A stretch of 64,000 bases of DNA, taken from contig DAOMOX010000004.1 of NCBI GenBank assembly GCA_035444565.1, positions 12,000-75,999 of the forward strand, in the 5' to 3' direction. A model generated the notes under the pieces. It had not been told where the DNA came from and searched no databases. It saw only the letters and a list, made by a program, of their open reading frames with translations. Made by a program: the position numbers and the translations under genes. Position 1 is the first letter of the stretch. Each line of letters begins with the position of its first letter. Shown here in pieces: positions 60,505 to 64,000 of the stretch. This DNA comes from Candidatus Dojkabacteria bacterium (GTDB lineage: Bacteria; Patescibacteriota; Dojkabacteria; B142; OLB20).

Positions 60505-61133
60505 AATATTTTATCAATTTCTTTTAATAGTTCTTTAGATTCGAGAATTCTTGTATGACCTACAATGTCAAGCTGAATATTTTTCGCATTTTTGAGTTTC
60601 AAGCTACTGTTAGGAATTACCATATTATCAAACCTTGGGTAGATATTTATGATTTTGTCAGTTTTAAATTTATTTATTTGTTTTAATAATTCACTTTTGG
60701 GTTTAATTTCATTTAAACTGATTTTCTGAAAGTAACCGAAGATAGAACCTTTATGTGGCGTTGAGATATTTATTACATTAATAATTCTATCGTTATATTT
60801 CTCTAGTAAAATTCTTGAGATTAGACCACCTTTACTGTGAGAAATAATACTAAAATTATTTAAATTTCGATTATCTATGTATTCTGAAATGTTGTCTACA
60901 ATTTTATTAATTGGATCACGTGTTTTAAATACAGGGAAATGAATTCTGTATCCATGTTTATTAAAATAGTCTGCAATTGTTTTTAGAGATGTCCAAATAC
61001 CATTAATCCCAATAATCATGATGATGTCACCTTTCTCACCAATTTGGTAATATTCGGGAATCGGCTTATGAAAACCAACAACTTTATGTTTAAGGATAAG
61101 GTAATATTCTTGAATTAAATTTATTATTAGCAT
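60501..61133 (-). CDS. Alpha/beta-hydrolase, lipase/esterase-like (PGAP1/LCAT-like)
   Basis: Nucleophile elbow IISHSKGGL (GxSxG). Confidence 0.6.
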   Translation of the reverse strand: MLIINLIQEYYLILKHKVVGFHKPIPEYYQIGEKGDIIMIIGINGIWTSLKTIADYFNKHGYRIHFPVFKTRDPINKIVDNISEYIDNRNLNNFSIISHSKGGLISRILLEKYNDRIINVINISTPHKGSIFGYFQKISLNEIKPKSELLKQINKFKTDKIINIYPRFDNMVIPNSSLKLKNAKNIQLDIVGHTRILESKELLKEIDKIL

Positions 61134-61163
61134 ATAGAATCGGTTTTATGGAGCAGGATACAA

Positions 61164-61191
61164 TCCCTCCCTAGATTAATCTAGGGAGGGA
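61164..61191. promoter_or_regulatory. Perfect 12-bp GC-rich inverted repeat TCCCTCCCTAGA-TTAA-TCTAGGGAGGGA downstream of tRNA-Gly
   Basis: Seen directly. Lies between the tRNA 3' end and the start of the hydrolase gene. Possible terminator or processing hairpin. Confidence 0.35.
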
Positions 61192-61219
61192 TAAACTCGC
61201 ATAGATTATTGTAAATAAA

Positions 61220-61293
61220 AAGCGGCGAACCGGAATCGAACCGGCGACCTTCTCCTTGGGAAGGAGACATTCTACCAACTGAACTACCGCCGC
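61220..61293 (-). tRNA. tRNA-Gly (anticodon CCC)
   Basis: Minus-strand sequence GCGGCGGTAGTTCAGTTGGTAGAATGTCTCCTTCCCAAGGAGAAGGTCGCCGGTTCGATTCCGGTTCGCCGCT folds as a cloverleaf: 7-bp acceptor, D-loop AGTTGGTAGA, anticodon loop TTCCCAA, T-loop GGTTCGATTCC. CCA is not encoded. Confidence 0.85.
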
Positions 61294-61454
61294 ACTTAAT
61301 TTCTAACAGTATTACCTCTATACTAATCCTGCATTTTTGTAATTATAATACAATATCCTTGTGTAAGAAATAATGAACTAATTTTCTAATAAACAAAGTT
61401 CTTGTATCATTTAATTCCAAAGTATATTATATAAAAACATATTAACTACATCTA

Positions 61455-61706
61455 TTGGATAATATATTTTGCCTTCAAGCCTTAACAGACTATAAATATT
61501 TTGAAGTTTCAATTACAGGAATTGTTGCTATCATATTAGTAATGATTCTATTGGTTAAGGTTAAACTTACTTCTAATCTTCAAAAAGCTCTGATGTATTC
61601 TGTTATCCTCGCATTAATTATACTCACGTTTGAAATTGAAACTGCGACTAATAGTGACAGTTGCATAGACTTTCTTCAGCATTTTAAGTTCACTTTATTT
61701 GGTTGA
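61455..61706 (+). CDS. Small hypothetical membrane protein
   Basis: 83 aa with two hydrophobic segments. Weak. Confidence 0.25.
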   Translation: MDNIFCLQALTDYKYFEVSITGIVAIILVMILLVKVKLTSNLQKALMYSVILALIILTFEIETATNSDSCIDFLQHFKFTLFG

Positions 61707-61781
61707 GCCCCGGAAATTATTCGATAATGAGTATTTATATTTAACTATCCTAGTAAGATCAAAACTTTTGAATCAAAATCA

Positions 61782-62303
61782 ATGACTACTTACCATATGT
61801 CTACTATTGCAACATTCGCCGGGGGTTGTTTCTGGTGTACTGAAGCTATTTTCCAGCATATTGATGGTGTTCTGAAAGTCACTCCTGGATATTCAGGTGG
61901 TGATATAGAAAATCCGACTTATAATCAAGTTTCTACCGGAGAAACAGGTCATGCTGAAGCAGTGCAGATTGAATTTGATCCTATAATTGTTGATTTTGAA
62001 CATTTGTTAAAAGTTCATTTTGAAACCCATGACCCTACAACATTGAATCAACAAGGTAACGATATCGGAACACAGTACAGATCCATTGTCTTCTATCATA
62101 ATGAAAAACAACTTGTAATAATCATTAAAGTATTAAAAAGTCTGAAGTTTGAAAAACCTATTGTTACTGAAGTTAAAAAATTCGAAAAGTTTTATGAGGC
62201 TGAGGATTACCATAAAAATTATTATAATAACCATAAGAATCAACCATACTGTCAGATTATAATTACGCCAAAGTTGGAAAAGGTGTTCGGTAAAAATGAT
62301 TAA
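61782..62303 (+). CDS. msrA: Peptide-methionine (S)-S-oxide reductase
   Basis: ATFAGGCFWCTEAIF is the canonical MsrA active site GCFWC. Confidence 0.9.
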   Translation: MTTYHMSTIATFAGGCFWCTEAIFQHIDGVLKVTPGYSGGDIENPTYNQVSTGETGHAEAVQIEFDPIIVDFEHLLKVHFETHDPTTLNQQGNDIGTQYRSIVFYHNEKQLVIIIKVLKSLKFEKPIVTEVKKFEKFYEAEDYHKNYYNNHKNQPYCQIIITPKLEKVFGKND

Positions 62304-62317
62304 AATTACTGTGAAAA

Positions 62318-63079
62318 TTAATTATTGAGATTTTCAAGAATTAAATCGTTCACAAAACTCGGATTCTCCAAATTACTCATGTGCCCACTTTTTGGAACTA
62401 AACGATACTCAGAATTTTCTATTTTTTCGTGCATATATTGACCGATATTTTTGAAATATTCTAAATCGTGCTCTCCAACTAAGATTTGAGTTGGGCATGT
62501 AATTTCGTGGAGTCTATCTTTCGCATCCGGGATTACTAGTTCGTATTTGTTGCCGTTCAACCAGTGCCAACCTGAATAATCATCAAGAATGGTCTTTAAT
62601 TTGTTTGAAATCTCATTGTTTATATTCGTATATTCGAAGACATCATGAGATAGCCATTGCTCTTTGGCTTTTTGCATATCTTCATCAACTCTGATGGAAA
62701 AATCTACTGTACTTTTATAACCTCCAAGAGAAGAATCAAGTACTGTCAAAGTTTTTACAAATTTGGGGTGTTCTAAAGTAAAATCTATAGCGACCCTCCC
62801 TCCCATAGAAAGTCCTACCAAATGTACTTGTTTAAGTTCAAGTTGATTTAGTAATTGAAGAAGATCGTCGTGGTGAGAATAGTCTTGATTTGGAATAGAA
62901 GATTTACCATATCCTCGTAAATCATAAACCAACACATTAAAATCTGATGAAAATTCTTCAACTTGTGGTTCCCACATGCGATGGTCGAGAGAAAATCCAT
63001 GAAGAAAAACAAGCGTTTCCTGTGATTTCACAGCTAAATATTGATAGTAAATATCACCTTTGTAATTAAAATTACTCAT
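62318..63079 (-). CDS. Alpha/beta-fold hydrolase
   Basis: HGFSLDHRMW, nucleophile elbow LVGLSMGG, C-terminal His. Confidence 0.8.
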   Translation of the reverse strand: MSNFNYKGDIYYQYLAVKSQETLVFLHGFSLDHRMWEPQVEEFSSDFNVLVYDLRGYGKSSIPNQDYSHHDDLLQLLNQLELKQVHLVGLSMGGRVAIDFTLEHPKFVKTLTVLDSSLGGYKSTVDFSIRVDEDMQKAKEQWLSHDVFEYTNINNEISNKLKTILDDYSGWHWLNGNKYELVIPDAKDRLHEITCPTQILVGEHDLEYFKNIGQYMHEKIENSEYRLVPKSGHMSNLENPSFVNDLILENLNN

Positions 63080-63998
63080 TATCGAAGAAATAATTCTTTA
63101 AATCGTTATAATCAAATCTACCATAATATTTATCGAATTTCTCCGAGTCTTTGAGAGATATTTTTCCTACAAATAACTTCAATATCTCCTCTTGATTTAA
63201 TTTCGCAATGTTCTGCGACTGAGCGAAATACATAGCGGGTTTTAATATATCTCCAGGCTTTGATGTGTCTACAAAACCGAACTTATGTCTCGATGACCTG
63301 TGCCATGCGAGTTCTGGTTCGAAACCTAAAGAGATGAAATAATTGTAAACTTCCCTTAGAGATGAATTCATACCTACCTTGCTAGCCATATATTCTGCTG
63401 AATGTTGATAAAGCGAATAATTGTCTTTGGTGACAAGATCCTGTAGATAAGTGGCTAACCCTTCTTCGGTCGCTAGATAATAATCACTCCTCGGGATATT
63501 GTTGTATATTCCGTTCTCATATCTCAATATGTGTGTTATTTCGTGTTTCACTTCACTCTCAATACTAAAGAATTGAAATGAGGCATATTTTGACATCTCT
63601 AAAGTCTTTTTATGACAATTGGGTCTGAAGCTAAAACCATGTTTGTCAACTGTTTTGAAAGAATACTCATAAAGTCCGAATAATTTAAATACTCTCTCAA
63701 ATTCAATTTGTATATAATTTGTATTTCGCACTTCTAATTTTGATGGCCTTCTCGAAAGTATTTGATTTGCTAGGTCGACATATTCCCAATCATACATCTG
63801 AAAGTGTAGTTTTGCGTATTTATGAATTGAATCAATATCTTGAGCTTTGATTGATTTCATCAAATTGAGTTTATCTCCTTGTGTAGTATATTCCACATCT
63901 TGATTTTGCCAATAATATTGAAATTGCGGATCGTACTCGTCAGAAGCAAGGAACTTCTCACGTTCAGTATGTAGATTTAAGGGTGTAATAAACTTCAA
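63072..63998 (-). CDS. DUF1704 / QEGLA-motif family protein, probably 5'-truncated by the window edge
   Basis: ATEEGLATYLQD corresponds to the QEGLA motif region. The ORF runs to within 2 nt of the window end, and its start codon on the track is a non-ATG. Confidence 0.5.
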   Translation of the reverse strand: MKFITPLNLHTEREKFLASDEYDPQFQYYWQNQDVEYTTQGDKLNLMKSIKAQDIDSIHKYAKLHFQMYDWEYVDLANQILSRRPSKLEVRNTNYIQIEFERVFKLFGLYEYSFKTVDKHGFSFRPNCHKKTLEMSKYASFQFFSIESEVKHEITHILRYENGIYNNIPRSDYYLATEEGLATYLQDLVTKDNYSLYQHSAEYMASKVGMNSSLREVYNYFISLGFEPELAWHRSSRHKFGFVDTSKPGDILKPAMYFAQSQNIAKLNQEEILKLFVGKISLKDSEKFDKYYGRFDYNDLKNYFFDNE

Positions 63999-64000
63999 CA

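Noticed and set aside
61141-61320. Integrase or mobile-element boundary adjacent to tRNA-Gly.
   Set aside because: No integrase, recombinase or repeated tRNA 3' fragment is visible in the window. Flanking genes are ordinary hydrolases and Msr genes.

Overview
This 64 kb window is gene-dense, low-GC bacterial chromosome with standard genetic code. By eye it is roughly one-third GC. TGA, TAA and TAG are all used as stops and RF2 is present. Genes mostly lack Shine-Dalgarno sequences. Gene content points to a reduced, possibly Candidate-Phyla-Radiation-like organism, but this is inference: a lamin-tail-domain secreted protein, a giant DUF2341/LamG/FN3 surface protein, many small membrane proteins and minimal metabolism. 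Recognisable housekeeping genes are truB, rplU-rpmA, pth, an acylphosphatase-uppS fusion, prfB, rpiB, rpsT, an operon-like dnaE-rsmA-tgt-uvrB run, xseAB and one tRNA-Gly(CCC). The envelope set is a class A PBP, two SEDS (FtsW/RodA) paralogs, murG, galU, phosphoglucomutase, a VanY-like M15 peptidase, a LysM protein and a glucosaminidase-like hydrolase. Accessory content worth a second look includes a MacB/FtsX-type ABC pair directly upstream of an 8.2 kb (2739 aa) TM-anchored multi-domain surface protein. There is also a lexA / umuD-like / umuC SOS-mutagenesis cassette whose UmuD homolog appears to have lost its nucleophile Ser and its cleavage site. A candidate operator, TAGGTATACTT, is shared by the lexA and dnaE upstream regions. 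A tandem pair of about 135 bp GC-rich (about 60%) structured repeats lies between convergent genes. An AlkD-like gene is interrupted by an in-frame TAG. A UvrD-helicase/PD-(D/E)XK nuclease fusion sits next to an oxidative-repair neighbourhood (TlpA-like thioredoxin, flavodoxin, msrB, msrA). No CRISPR array, rRNA, transposase or integrase was seen.
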